A stretch of 64,000 bases of DNA from NCBI RefSeq assembly GCF_009914755.1, contig NC_060932.1; one strand, 5' to 3'. The notes under the pieces were generated by a model that saw nothing but the letters and a program-made list of their open reading frames with translations, made no database searches and had not been told where the DNA came from. Position 1 is the stretch's first letter. Each line of letters starts with the position of its first letter. Below are positions 1-14,246 of the stretch, one piece after another. The stretch is from the human T2T-CHM13v2.0 reference genome, Homo sapiens. The position numbers and the translations under genes were made by a program.

Positions 1-90
1 CAGGCTGGTCTGGAACTTTTGGCCTCAAGTGATCCTCCTGCCTCAGCCTCCCAAAGTGCCGGGATCATAGGCGTGAGCCACCGTGGCCAG
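1..90 (-). mobile_element. Alu (partial, cut by window edge)
   Basis: Reverse complement of the Alu left arm. Confidence 0.85.
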
Positions 91-720
91 CCAGCATTAG
101 GTTTTATCCAAAGTTCTGGGAAAATAAGATAAACTCCATTCAACATCTATTGCAGTAGTTGGTTAATTACAGAGTGTGATGCTCTATTATAGTTTTTTGG
201 GGGGCAGGTCATTAACATTTCTAGGTCTTGGTTGTCTCATCTGTGAGATGGGGGTAGTGGGTATGCCTCTAGGAAGGTAGCAGAAACTGGACCATGTCAC
301 CTCTTCAGATCTCTGTCAGGTAGAGCTTTGAGTCTATAGAGTTCATGGTTTTAGGTTTGCTTGATTTCAAGGTTTTTCTCTTCTCATCTTTGTTTCAAAA
401 ACTACATTCATATCAAAGCACTTCATAGTTCTGAAGCGCCAGACATAGAAAGAGGGACAGATCCTAGCTGGGGAAGGAGAGAGCATTTTGTTCATCCACG
501 TGAGGGAAATGGAAGCCGAGCAGTGCTCTGTGTCTAGTCTACTCCCAGTTATCAGAGGCAGGACTATTAAAACAAGTCGAGTTATTTCAAAGTTGTCAGC
601 AAGTCTTCCTCCAATCAAAAGCCCATTTGGTTGGCAAGGCTAATGAAGGTTTATCCTAGAGACCTTGGGTATCTGGTGCAGGAAACATATTTCACAGACT
701 CTTCCCAAAGTATTGCACTA

Positions 721-1155
<435 letters not shown>

Positions 1156-1169
1156 TTAGTGAATACGAA

Positions 1170-1470
1170 TAATAAATGTTTATGTAAAGCTTACTATGTG
1201 CCAAGCACTGCTCTAACCACATAACATGTATCAAATCATGCAAAACGCACCAACTCAATGACTCCTCATGGCAATTCTGTGACGCAGATGCTGTCATTGT
1301 GCCTATTTTACAGATGGAGGGACTGAGGCATTTTTGTATTTTTTGTAGAGGCAGGTTTCACTTTGTTGGCCAGGCTGGTCAAGGTTTAACACACAGTCCA
1401 ACACAGCTAGGAAGTGGTGGGCTGGCTTCAGATTCTGTGCCCCTCACCACTGTGCTATGCTGCCTCTCTG
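1170..1470 (-). mobile_element. MIR, interrupted by a 51-bp Alu fragment at 1330-1380
   Basis: MIR core 'cctattttacagatggagggactgaggca...acacagctaggaagtgg'. Confidence 0.65.
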
Positions 1471-1967
1471 AAGGAAGTAGGGGCTCTTTGGGATACTTTT
1501 GACATTAAGAAAGGATTAAATAGTACAATATAATGAAAACGTTTGAATACTCGTTTTAAAAGTACAAAAAAGAGAGAGCCACACAGGCACTTTTATGTGG
1601 GTCAGGAGTGACTGTTTTGTTGCACTCTTTGGCATCTGCCAAGCATGATTTCTCAGGATGTGGTGGTTGGCCGACTGCCCTTGTGGCCACTGGATTCCAT
1701 TCTCTCTCTGGTTTTTCTCCCTTTCCCCCTGCCCTCTGAAACCTTCCTCTAGACTTCCCTTGCCCTTGTTCTCTTTCTAGGAGCTTGTATTATTCTTCAG
1801 AAAAACGGAACCAGTAGGAGGTACATGTCTTTCTCTCTACTGATAAATGTATATATATATGATCTCTCTGTCTCTAAATCTCTCTTTCTCTCTAGTATCT
1901 CTATCTGTCTATCTATCATCCATCTATCTATCATCTATCATCTCCATATATGCTTATATAGGTAGGT

Positions 1968-2266
1968 GTTTTTTGTTTTTTTTTGTGACAGAGTTTTGCT
2001 GCATTGCCCAGGCTGGTGTGCAGTGGCATGATCTCGACTCATCGCAACCTCTGCCTCCCAGGTTCAAGCGATTCTTGTGCCTCAGCCTTCTGAGTAGCTG
2101 GGGTTTCAGGTGCATGCCACAATGCCAGGCTAATTTTTGTATTTTTTGCAGAGGCATGTTTCACCATGTTGGCCAGGCTGGTCTCGACTTCCTGGCCTCA
2201 GGTGATCTGCCCGCCTTGGCCTCCCAAAGTGCTGCGATTACAGGTGTGAGCCACTGTGCCTGGCCG
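1968..2266 (-). mobile_element. Alu
   Basis: Full reverse-complement Alu. Confidence 0.92.
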
Positions 2267-2338
2267 ATATATTTTATTCTTTTAACTACTTTATTAGGTA
2301 AAGTAAAATATTTTGTTCCTTAAAATTGACCTATGTTT

Positions 2339-2630
2339 GGCTAGGCACAATGGCTCATGCCTGTAATCCTAGCACTTTGGGAGGCCAAGGTAGGAGGATT
2401 GCTTGAGGCTGGTAGTTAGACCAGCCTGGGCAACATAGCAAGACCCCATCTCTACAAAAAATAAAAATAAGAATAGCCCGGTGTGTGGTGTGTGCCTGTA
2501 GTCTCAGATACGCAGGAGGCTGAGGCAGGAAGATCACTTGAGTCCAGGAATTCAAAGTTGCAGTGAGCTATGATTGTACTACTGCACTCCAGCCTGGACA
2601 ACAGAGTGAGACCCTGTCTCAAAAAAAAAT
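2339..2630 (+). mobile_element. Alu (J-type)
   Basis: AluJ-like diagnostic sequence 'ggaggattgcttgag'. Confidence 0.9.
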
Positions 2631-2691
2631 TTTTTTTTGATCTCTCTGTATACCTTTATCTCTATTTATCTCTATCATCTATGTATGTATG

Positions 2692-3078
2692 TGATATGGT
2701 TTGGCTGTGTCCCCACCCAAATCTCAACTTGAATTTTATCTCCCAGAATTCCCATGTGTTATGGGAGGGACCCAGGGGGAGGTTATTGAATAATGGAGGC
2801 TGGTCTTTCCCGTGCTATCCTTGTGTAGTAAGTCTCATGAGATCTGATGGTTTTATCATGGGTTTCCGCTTTTGCTTCTTCCTCATTTTTCTGTTGCTGC
2901 TGCCACGTAAGAAGTGCCTTTCACCTCCTGCCTGATTCTGAGGCCTCCCCAGCCATGTGGAACTGTAAGTCCAATTAAACCTCTTTTTCTTACCAGTCTC
3001 AGGTATGTCTTTATCGGCAGCATGGTCTTCCCAGTCTCGAGTATGCGTTTATCAGCAGCATGAAAACAGACTAATACA
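2692..3078 (+). mobile_element. THE1 (MaLR) solo LTR
   Basis: TG...CA termini (tgatatggtttggctgtgtcccc / actaataca); 5-bp TSD gtatg at 2687-2691 and 3079-3083. Confidence 0.88.
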
Positions 3079-3111
3079 GTATGTATGTAGATTTATTTTA
3101 AGAAATTAGCT

Positions 3112-3553
<442 letters not shown>

Positions 3554-4639
3554 TCAGGAGATGTCACTCTGTTCTCTCAAGGCCTTCAGCTGATTGGATG
3601 AGGTATACCCACATTATGGAAGGCCTTACCCACGGTCTACTGATGTAAATGTTAATCACACCTAAAAAATACCTTCACAGCAACAACTAGACTGATGCTT
3701 GACCAAATGACTGGGTACCATGGCCTAGCCAAGTTGACACATAAAATTAACCATCATAGAACCACTTGAAGGGAGCTGAGGTTCATTTGAGCTTCTGTTA
3801 GTTTTCTGGAACACTGGGAAAGCTCTGGTACTGAGACCCCAGGGGACACAGCTTTAATTCTCTCTAAAAGGGAACTCTGTCCAAACTTTAGAGTAGTTTT
3901 TTTCCCCTCCCAAGAAATCTATCAATGCACAGAATGGACTTTGGTTGGTAAGTGTTAAGTATTGGTCTCTGGCCCTTGATCCCTAGTGCCATTTCTGGCT
4001 TCCAACAAAGGAGCTCATGCTTCATCCCACATTGTTCTCCTTCTCAAAAACGTGAACTCAGTTCTTCTTCCTATCTGAACTCCTCTAGTACCTTGTAACT
4101 GACTCTGGGCATTTAAAACTTTGGCTCCTGTATTGTAATTGATAACACATTTTCCAGCCCCTCCCACTCCTCCACCAGCAGGTAAGTTCCCTGAGGGCAA
4201 GGGCTAAGCTCACACTTCTGCCTGGCTGCTCCAGTGCCCACGACACTGCTGCTTCATAAACATTGCTCAGTGGAGACAATTTGCAACACTGATTCTCTGT
4301 GATGTTTCTTGGGCAGAAACGTGATTGGTGTCAGCCTCAATTTAAGCCTATGTAAAACAGGAAGGAGAAAACTTTACACCTACCATGGACAGAGGCTGAC
4401 ACCGCTTGTCTAGCTTTTGCACTGCCACGTATCTGGCGGTCAAAATAAGTCTTGCTTCTGAATTAGGCTGTGAAGATGGTTGTGCCTTTTATTTTCAGAC
4501 AGATCCTTGCCCAGCTTGGGCTGAGGGCTATGCAGCATTAGGGACAGTGGGAATTTGTCTGGGGTGGGGGCAGAACTGGCAGGGAAAAGCTTTTGTAGGG
4601 GTGGGCTGCTAGACGTACTAGAGAAGCTGCCAGCTTAAC

Positions 4640-5731
<1,092 letters not shown>

Positions 5732-5922
5732 GGTGGCCTTATGATTTCCATTTAACATAAGTGATTAGTGTAAGATATGATTTTAAATGGAAAGATGTGA
5801 TAGTTTCACTTGTTTAACAATGTTAGAGTTTCTAAGAGAGTTTGAGATAAAATACATTTATGCTTAATTTGTGAAATTTGTAACTTATTTACTTGAGAAT
5901 GTTTTGCTTATTAAGGCTGTAA

Positions 5923-6256
<334 letters not shown>

Positions 6257-6684
6257 GCAGTGTTTTTTTAAAAAGCAAATGCATTCAATTTATAATTGAA
6301 GTGCTTAAAAATCAAATGTATCAGATTTATAATTGCAGCTTTAAAATGTTTAAAGGATTTTTTTATTAAGTTTGTAAAAGAGAATTACTTTTTAGTGGGA
6401 CTGTGATCTATTAAATTTGAGTTTATTAAGAGTAATAAAAGATCCTACTATTTTGTATTAAAATTTACTAGGCTTGTAAATATCAAGATTTGTTAGTGGA
6501 ATTTAAAGGCAACTTTAATGAAAACTGGGTCTCTGTATTTGTTACTTTATCAACAGACATTAATTTTAAATCAAAAAGCTGTAAATAATTCTGTCTATGA
6601 CATAAACTCATGCCAATTTTTGTTCTAGTTAAGTGTGGGTATATGGTCCTAAGACTTTCAAAAGCATTTTTTGAATGTATATAT

Positions 6685-7007
6685 CGTGGTCCCCAACCTT
6701 TTTGGTACCAGGGACTGGTTTCTGTGGACTGGGCGGGTGCGGGGGGGATGGTTCTGGAATGAAACTGTTCTATGTCAGATCATCAGGCATTAGATTTTCA
6801 CAAGGAGCACACAACCTAGATGCCTCACCTGCGCAGTTCACAACAGGGTTTGTGCTCCTATGAGACTAATGCCACCGCTGATCTGACGGGAGGTGGAGCT
6901 CAGGTGGTGACACTCACTTGCCTGCTGCTCACCTCCTGCTGTGTGGCCCGGTTCCTAACAGGCCATGGGCCAGTGCTGGTCCATGGTCTGGGGGTTGGGG
7001 ACCCCTG
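6685..7007. mobile_element. MER1-type hAT/Charlie non-autonomous DNA transposon
   Basis: TIRs ggtccccaacc / ggttggggacc; perfect 8-bp TSD gtatatat at 6677-6684 and 7008-7015. Confidence 0.88.
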
Positions 7008-7889
7008 GTATATATGGTCCTATTAATTCATTCAGCCCTGGCACTGTGCTAGGTACTATGCAATTGCCACAAGTAAGACTACGATGTAACAAAGTCCCTA
7101 GGCAAAGAAGTGTGATGGGAAATGGGATTCACTCAGCTGGATGAGGCTTTAGTGAGGAAGTGGCCCAAAGGTGCTAATCAGACAGATGATAGATGGTAGG
7201 GGAAGAACATTCTAAGGAGGCACATTACCTGAGCAGAGAAGGCTTGTCATATTTAGGGAATGGTGAGATTTTGTGATCCTGGTGGAGGTTTAAAAAAATG
7301 ATCTCTAATTACTCTCATGTACCTTCTGTCATTTTCTGATTGACAGTTAGTGGTCAGATCGGAGGGCGTCCCAGAGTGAAAGTATCAGGTAAGCCAATCT
7401 CCCGCAAGTCAGTCACCTGAATAAATCATACCCTCCTGGAAACACAGTGCAATTCTGAACCCGATTCTTAGACTCTTGTTGCTCAGGAAATAACAATAAT
7501 CATTAACACTGCCTGTCTCCAAGCAGTTCATATGTGTTAGTTCACTTAACCCTCTGAGCCATAAGAGATAGGTATTCTTAGAGTCGAGGAAATTGAGACA
7601 CAGAGGGCTGAAGTGAGGTGACAAAGGCCACTCTGCAGGTAAGTGGCAGGACCATGATTTGAACCTTGTACAAGCTGTTTCTCTTTTCAGAATGCTCTTG
7701 CCCTCATTCCTCTGGGGCTGGCTTCTTCAACATCACTTCTTCAGAGAGGCCCCTGCTGCTTCGGTCCTCACTGTCTTAACTGGGTCCCACTTGTTATTCT
7801 AGATCTCAACCCTTTGTTCATTCCCCTCATATTGGTTATTACAAATAATTTTTTTTACTTGCTTTCTCCCCCACCCCCCCTTTAAAAAT

Positions 7890-8520
7890 ATTTTTTATTT
7901 TTATTTTTAATTATTTATTTTTGAGACGGAGTCTCGCTCTGTCGCCCAGGCTGGAGTCCAGTGGCACGATCTCGGCTCACTGCAAGCTCCACCTCCCAGG
8001 TTCATTCCATTCCCCTGCCTCAGCTTCCTGAGTAGCTGGGACTACAGGTGCCCACCACCACGCCTGGCTAACTTTTTTTGCATTTTTAGAGATGGGGTTT
8101 CACCGTGTTAGCCAGGATGGTCTCGATCTCCTGACCTCGTGATCCACCTGCCTCAGCCTCCCAAAGTGCTGGGATTACAGGCGTGAGCCACCGCGCCCGG
8201 CTGTCCCCCGGCTTTTTTTTTTTTTTTTTTTTTTTTTTGAGACAGAGTCTTCCTCTGTCACCCAGGCTGGAATGCATTGCACTATGTCGGCTCATTGCAA
8301 CCTCCGCCTCCCAGGTTCAAGAGATTCTCCTGCCTCAGCCTCCTGATTAGCTAAGACTACAGGCACCTGCCACCACACCCAGGTAATTTTTGTATTTTTA
8401 GTAGAGACGGGGCTTTACCATATTGACCAGGCTGGTCTTGAGCTCCTGACCTCAAGTGAGCCACCCGCCTCGGCCTCCCAAAATGTTGGGATTACAGGTG
8501 TGAGCCACTGCACCTGGGCC
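7890..8520 (-). mobile_element. Two adjacent Alus (AluY-like 7890-8202; S-type 8213-8520)
   Basis: Reverse-complement Alu sequences with T-tails. Confidence 0.92.
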
Positions 8521-8995
8521 CTCTTTCTTACTAAAATCTAAATTTCATTAAGGCAAGGACGATCCCATCCTTGTCACCAAAAAACAAAACAAAACAAAAC
8601 CACACACAAAAGGCAGGGACAATTTCTGTCTTGTTCACTACCCTATTCCCAGTGCCTTGCACAGGTCTAGCATATAGTAGCTGTTCCATGAATGCCTGTT
8701 GATGAATAAATTGATGTTGACTTCAAAATTCATTATTCCTTAATCATTCTGCTGTGCAAACAGTATATGAAAACATTCAATTTAAGCATAATGCTGTATT
8801 ACGGACTCAGGTTGGTATTCAGCAACAAGCTTATTTTTCTATGGATTCCTAGAAATTTTACAAAAATGGTAACAAGTTTCTGGGAGAAGGAATATAAGTC
8901 TAAATAGGCAAAAGATAAACATATTTGGTATGATAAAAAGCCAACTTGAATTGGGACATACTAAAAATGCACCAGTGTGTGTTGTTGGAAAAACA

Positions 8996-9001
8996 TTTAT
9001 T
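8996..9001 (-). terminator. Distal polyadenylation signal AATAAA
   Basis: tttatt on +; upstream UGUA motifs (~9025, ~9048); downstream U-rich sequence; sits at the edge of the repeat-free region. Confidence 0.8.
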
Positions 9002-10605
9002 GCAATTCAGTGTCAAAAGTTTTTTACAAAAATATGCCACCGTCTGGTACAAACAACTATAAAAAATCAGTTCATCATGCAAGAAAAGTGTGCAAATAAT
9101 TTATACAGAAGGACTCAGCTCACACAATATTAAATAAACATCTCTGCATGTAATTGGTCTAACTTTATGCTTTAGTTACAATGTTCAACCCCCTCTAATA
9201 CTTTTCATTTAAAAAAGTACATTAAAGCTTCTAAGCTTAGGACACAGGCTGTAATATACGCCCACTTTAGCCATGGTGATTGGCACTTGGTAGAATAAAG
9301 ATGGCACCAAGGATTCCCAAGTATAGAATACAGCTTGGAGCCTTCTGCTTAACAGACTTGTGCTTCGTTAATTAAACAAACACATCTATACTCAAAGACA
9401 GAAAAAGTCATGTTTAAACTCCAGAAATAATGTAGCAGATGGAGTTTTAAGAAGTTCAGAGTTTTGGAGCAGCCATCATTTTTGGCCAAATGGAGCAGGG
9501 CCTAAGTTTTGAGAGATTCTCCAGAAAGCTTTGTTTGCTGAGTGAATTCAAGGACACTTTGAAAAATGCCCAGCAGACAAAGTCATGAATATCATGGCCC
9601 CTTGCTCCTGGCTGCCTCATGGAATAATCCCCCTTTGCTTAGTAAAAGATGAAGTTTAGTGGAGAATGAACATCCGCTGGGCTAGAAATGCACTGAATCT
9701 CATAGCTGGTCCTGAAGGAGGAAATGGAGAAGATGGATTAAATGTACCTCTGAGTCTAGGGGAGAGGAAACACCTGCTTCGGAATCTCAGTTTCTAGGGA
9801 GCAAGCCACTGCCCAGCCCTTCTGTCTTTTTTTATAACGGCCATTTTTGTAATAAAAATGTAAGTACCCAAGGAAGAAATAAAATTGTCAAAATATGCTG
9901 CTTTCTTTATAGCAAGCAGGTTGTACTCACTGGAATGCCACATTCACAACAGAATCAGAGGTCTGTGAAAACATTAAGTGGCTCCTTAACTTCTCCAGTA
10001 AGAATCAGGGACTTGAAATGGAAACGTTAACAGCCACATGCCCAATGCTGGGCAGTCTCCCATGCCTTCCACAGTGAAGGGCTTGAGAAAAATCACATCC
10101 AATGTCATGTGTTTCCAGCCACACCAAAAGGTGCTTGGGGTGGAGGGCTGGGGGCATAGAAGGTCAGGCCTCAGGAGGCCTCAAGTTCGCATTCAGCTTT
10201 GCCACTGTACCAGGTGGGCTGACGCACATCCCCTAAACATTCTGGATCTCTTACTCATCGTGAAAGGCAGACGCTCTAAGTCTAAAGTCTAGGGTAGGAG
10301 TTTCCATTCTTTGGAAAACCAAAGATGGTTACTCTTCTTAATGAAACTGAGAAGAAGGTATCTACAGAAAACACTGAATTTAAACAAATTATGACCTTGT
10401 TTGTTGAAGCCATCAAGGACCCAAGATATATCAAAGAACAACATCTCTGTATTGGCCTACAGGTTCAGAGTGTTTTGAGGTCTGTTTAAGCACTAATAGG
10501 ATTTTAGGCCAGCATCCAGTCAGAAGAGATAGTTCACAGACTCAGAGTTGGAAACAGATTAAAAAAAAAAAAAAGATGTCAACATAGAAAATGATGATAG
10601 AGTTT

Positions 10606-10658
10606 AGTTAAAAAAATTCACACATAAAATTACAGTTAAAAAAATTCACACATAAAAT
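10606..10658. repeat. Perfect 25-bp direct repeat (two copies, period 28) in the 3'UTR
   Basis: agttaaaaaaattcacacataaaat at 10606-10630 and 10634-10658. Confidence 0.9.
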
Positions 10659-12391
10659 AGAGTGTTTGCATAGCAAGACATTATTGCCCTTCAGCCTGGC
10701 AGAAAAACATAAACTCAGGTGTATATTTTATAATAAACATTGTATTGAATGCTAAGAATGATACACTGTTGAACATCTCCTGAATGGTTTGCCTTCTTGT
10801 AAATCATACCAATTGTTTAGACAATTGAAATTCCAAGCTCTTTCTCTTCTCCCATATAAAAACAACAGAAACAGGAGGCTGTTAGTAGCAAGCTCCTCAT
10901 GGGAAAGGGTATGTGAATCCACAAAGACGAGAACTATGGCAATAGCATAATACACACCCGCTACCTTACTGCCCAAGTGCTAGTAGAACCTGCTCTAGTG
11001 TTCAGAGTTTTGCAGTACAAACCCAGTCCCTCTGAAATACGTCTTCCAAGCCACTTCAATGTAAACCTGATCATCATTAAACAAAAATCATCTCACAACT
11101 GATACATTGGGGATGCTTTCACCTAATAGCTTTTGTTCATTTCTGCCATTTGCCCTCCCATTCAACTGATTTGTCTGCTCAAAGTAACAGCATTGAGTGA
11201 TAATGCAATCTAGTTTAAAATGCCATTGGATTTTTTTTTTTCTGGATCTTGCTCTAGTGTGAGCACTCCTGAACTTCACATATTCTCCTTGTCCCAAATG
11301 CAAGGGTTTACTCTCAAGAGACTCTAGGCTCACTGCCCATAAACCTTTGAGTTGGACCAAATCTTAACATCCCTGTGGATTTGCTCATACTGCCCTGGGC
11401 AGAACTCTTTCCTTCTTTGGAAGTCTGAATTACTTCATATTTGACATCTATTTTGAAATTCTGTTTTACAGGGTTTAGGATGGGGGTAGGTAGGCACAGG
11501 AAAGAGAGTAGAGCATTCTCTCTTTTCTAGCAATTTCCATTATCATGCCCCTTCTAGCTTTTAGACCAGCAGTTCTGAGACAGGGATTATTTGCTTTTGT
11601 TTGATAGGTCAGGTTGTCTGGGATGGTTTGCCAATAGAAATTCTATAGACTATTATTGTTCAAAGAGCAAGAATTGTCTTAACTCTCTTCACTTATATGT
11701 GAGGCTCTGGCCATACTTAACAGATACCACGTGGCACTAACACAGATATGTTGTGCCTGCTGTGCTCTTCCCATTGTCCCCACACAAGCCACAGCATCAA
11801 AGACATGCCATTTCTATTCCTTTCCCCCTCCCTCTCTACCTGCCATTTCTTTCCTTATTCTCCTCTTCCAATGAAAGAGAACCATAAAGGTTGATTTCTT
11901 CTTCATTTTCCTTAAAAAATTTCCTTGAGTCTGTCATACACCAGCTCCAATAACACCAAAGGACACGGGGAGAGCCCACTGGTACCATCTTGGTAAACAT
12001 TTAATTAGACCGTAACCCTTCTCTTGGGGCAGAGGTCATCTTGCACAGATGCACATGGTTGCCTGGAGTCTATCGTACAATCATGTGCACTGCTGACAGT
12101 CTAAATGACACCAGTGTCCCAGTTTTGTGCTGACAGTCCACAGCAGGCAATGTTTCTGCGACTGCAAACCTGAAGGCGACGAGGAGTTTCTACTTTCTTG
12201 ATCAGCATGAAGGGGCAGAGATCACCAGTTGGTGGCAACATGTGGAAGGCCATGAACCCCTAAATCTAAAAATGTCACTAAGAGTCAAAAGTTCCAGAGC
12301 TCTCTCAGTGATGGCACACCCAACTCCACCCCATGTCTTTGAGGAAGCTGAGAAATTGGAGAGAACCTGACAATTATAGAAGAAGTAGCTT

Positions 12392-12397
12392 TTTATT
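12392..12397 (-). terminator. Possible internal polyadenylation signal AATAAA
   Basis: Hexamer match only. Confidence 0.3.
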
Positions 12398-12933
12398 CAG
12401 CAGTCTAGGTCCTGCATTCCCAATGTGAAATTGGTTCAGGGGGAGAGGGATTGCAAAAAAAAAACAAAAAAAAACAAAAAAAAACAAAACAAAACACACA
12501 CCTTAGATAGAATAATGGTTCGTGACCTTCCAAAGCTCAATCTTACCCAACAAAATCCTATTCTTTCATATTTAATTTCTCTTATTAGGGAAAATTTAAA
12601 TTCAATGTAATTTTTTTCTCAGGGGGATGATAATGAAAAAAACTGGAGAAATTCTGGCGTAGCACAAACATTGCAAAGTGAGGAGCACTAAACAGTAGGT
12701 TCCTTCTCTTCAGAAAGCTGATATGTGGGTTGTGTGCTATTGAGGGCAGGGGCTGAAGCGGTGTTGTATCATAGCTTGTCTCTTGCCTCGTTTCTCTCCA
12801 TGCTTAGCCATCTTTCCCCCTTTCCAGGTCACCCAAAGGTCAGCTCTTAAAGATACACTGTTCCTCAACTTGAATGTGGACTGTGTTCCTATTTCTGCTT
12901 CACTTATTTGCCAAGGGCATGCAGGGTGACAAG

Positions 12934-12939
12934 TTTATT
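12934..12939 (-). terminator. Candidate intermediate polyadenylation signal AATAAA
   Basis: Hexamer preceded on the mRNA by a U-tract and UGUA motifs (12959-12980). Confidence 0.55.
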
Positions 12940-13537
12940 TGGAAAAAAAAAAAGCATATACAACTGCAAATATATGTACATTGTTGTAGGAAAGCAACAA
13001 TATTCTGTAAAAAGTAAAAAACTGGGAGTAGATCCCCCATCTACTCCCAGGAATATTTTACAACGAACTCATTAGGTCCTGAGATTTCCTTTCTTCCACA
13101 GTTACCTGCTGATATTTGCCTCGTAAGATCCCCTTGGGATCTTCCTGTTTTAACTACCCAGCCCGGAAGCAAGTTTAAGATGAACTTGTGGTACCTCTCC
13201 TCCCTATTTGGCTGGAACTCCAGCCTTGATTTTTAATCACCTTTGCAAAAAGCCCTAGCTTAGATGGACTCATTTTGATGTTGGACCTAAAGAAAAGAAG
13301 CTCCTCAGCTCATCCCCTTGGCAAGGGGTACAGCAACTGGTAAGATGTTTAATTGGCTGATTGTAAAACCTGTCTTTCGAGCCTCAGCACTTGGGCCCCA
13401 CTCTGTCCACAGACACAGGCTTATCCATGAAGATATCCAAGGAAGGAAGTTCAGCAGGAATAAGGAAGTCTTCACAGCTATTGATTGGGTGACCAATTCT
13501 ATCATCTTTTCTGCAGCAGGACTTCCTCTGGGACGGC

Positions 13538-13640
13538 TTTTGTTTTGTTTTGTTTTGTTTTGGAGACAGGCTGGAGCGCAGTGGCACAATCATAGCTCAC
13601 TGCAAACCTCAGACTCCTGGGCTCAAGCAGTCCTCCCCTG
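13538..13640 (-). mobile_element. Truncated AluJ/FLAM fragment in the 3'UTR (sense to mRNA)
   Basis: (ttttg)n followed by gagacaggctggagcgcagtggc...ctcctgggctcaagc. Confidence 0.8.
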
Positions 13641-14240
13641 GGACTGTTTTAAGTTGGCCTTCTTTTCCCCCAAATGAGCTACAACATGACAGGAAAAAAG
13701 GAACATGTGCTTTTGGGTTGTTCTGGTGAACAGATAACTCTAAGGAGGGCCCTGTTTGCCTGAAAAGGAAGTGTGAAACCAGAGGATTGCCTCCAATATC
13801 CCTTTCCATTTTAAATCACTTTTTATAGTGATGAAAACACTTACGAGAAAAACAGACACTGCCTACTGGATCACATGCGTTGTCAGAGAGGGCACTCTAC
13901 GCTTTTAGAGGTAGACCATTGTGTGGTATCTCTGTAGGGTAAGGCTCTGTGCCCATGCAGGTTTAGGATGGGTGGCGCTTCCTTCGCCTTCTCAAAACAA
14001 ACACCAGATCAAACCCCAAAGCCCAGGAATTTCTCCTATATAGTTTTCCTTCTTCATTTTTTCTTTTCTAAACAAATTTTCACATTGTAAACAAAGCGTC
14101 CTATTTTGTATTTGAGTTTTGCCTTTTTCTTCCTAGGGAACTATAAGAGAGTTTCTGTGACCATTAAGAGGACTCCATTTTCACCGCTGAAATAGAATTA
14201 TTGCCCTTATAGTCTTGCTGGCAAATTGTTAGAAAAAAAG

Positions 14241-14246
14241 TTTATT
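14241..14246 (-). terminator. Candidate proximal polyadenylation signal AATAAA
   Basis: UGUAAAUAAA followed by a U-tract, ~230 nt after the stop. Confidence 0.6.
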
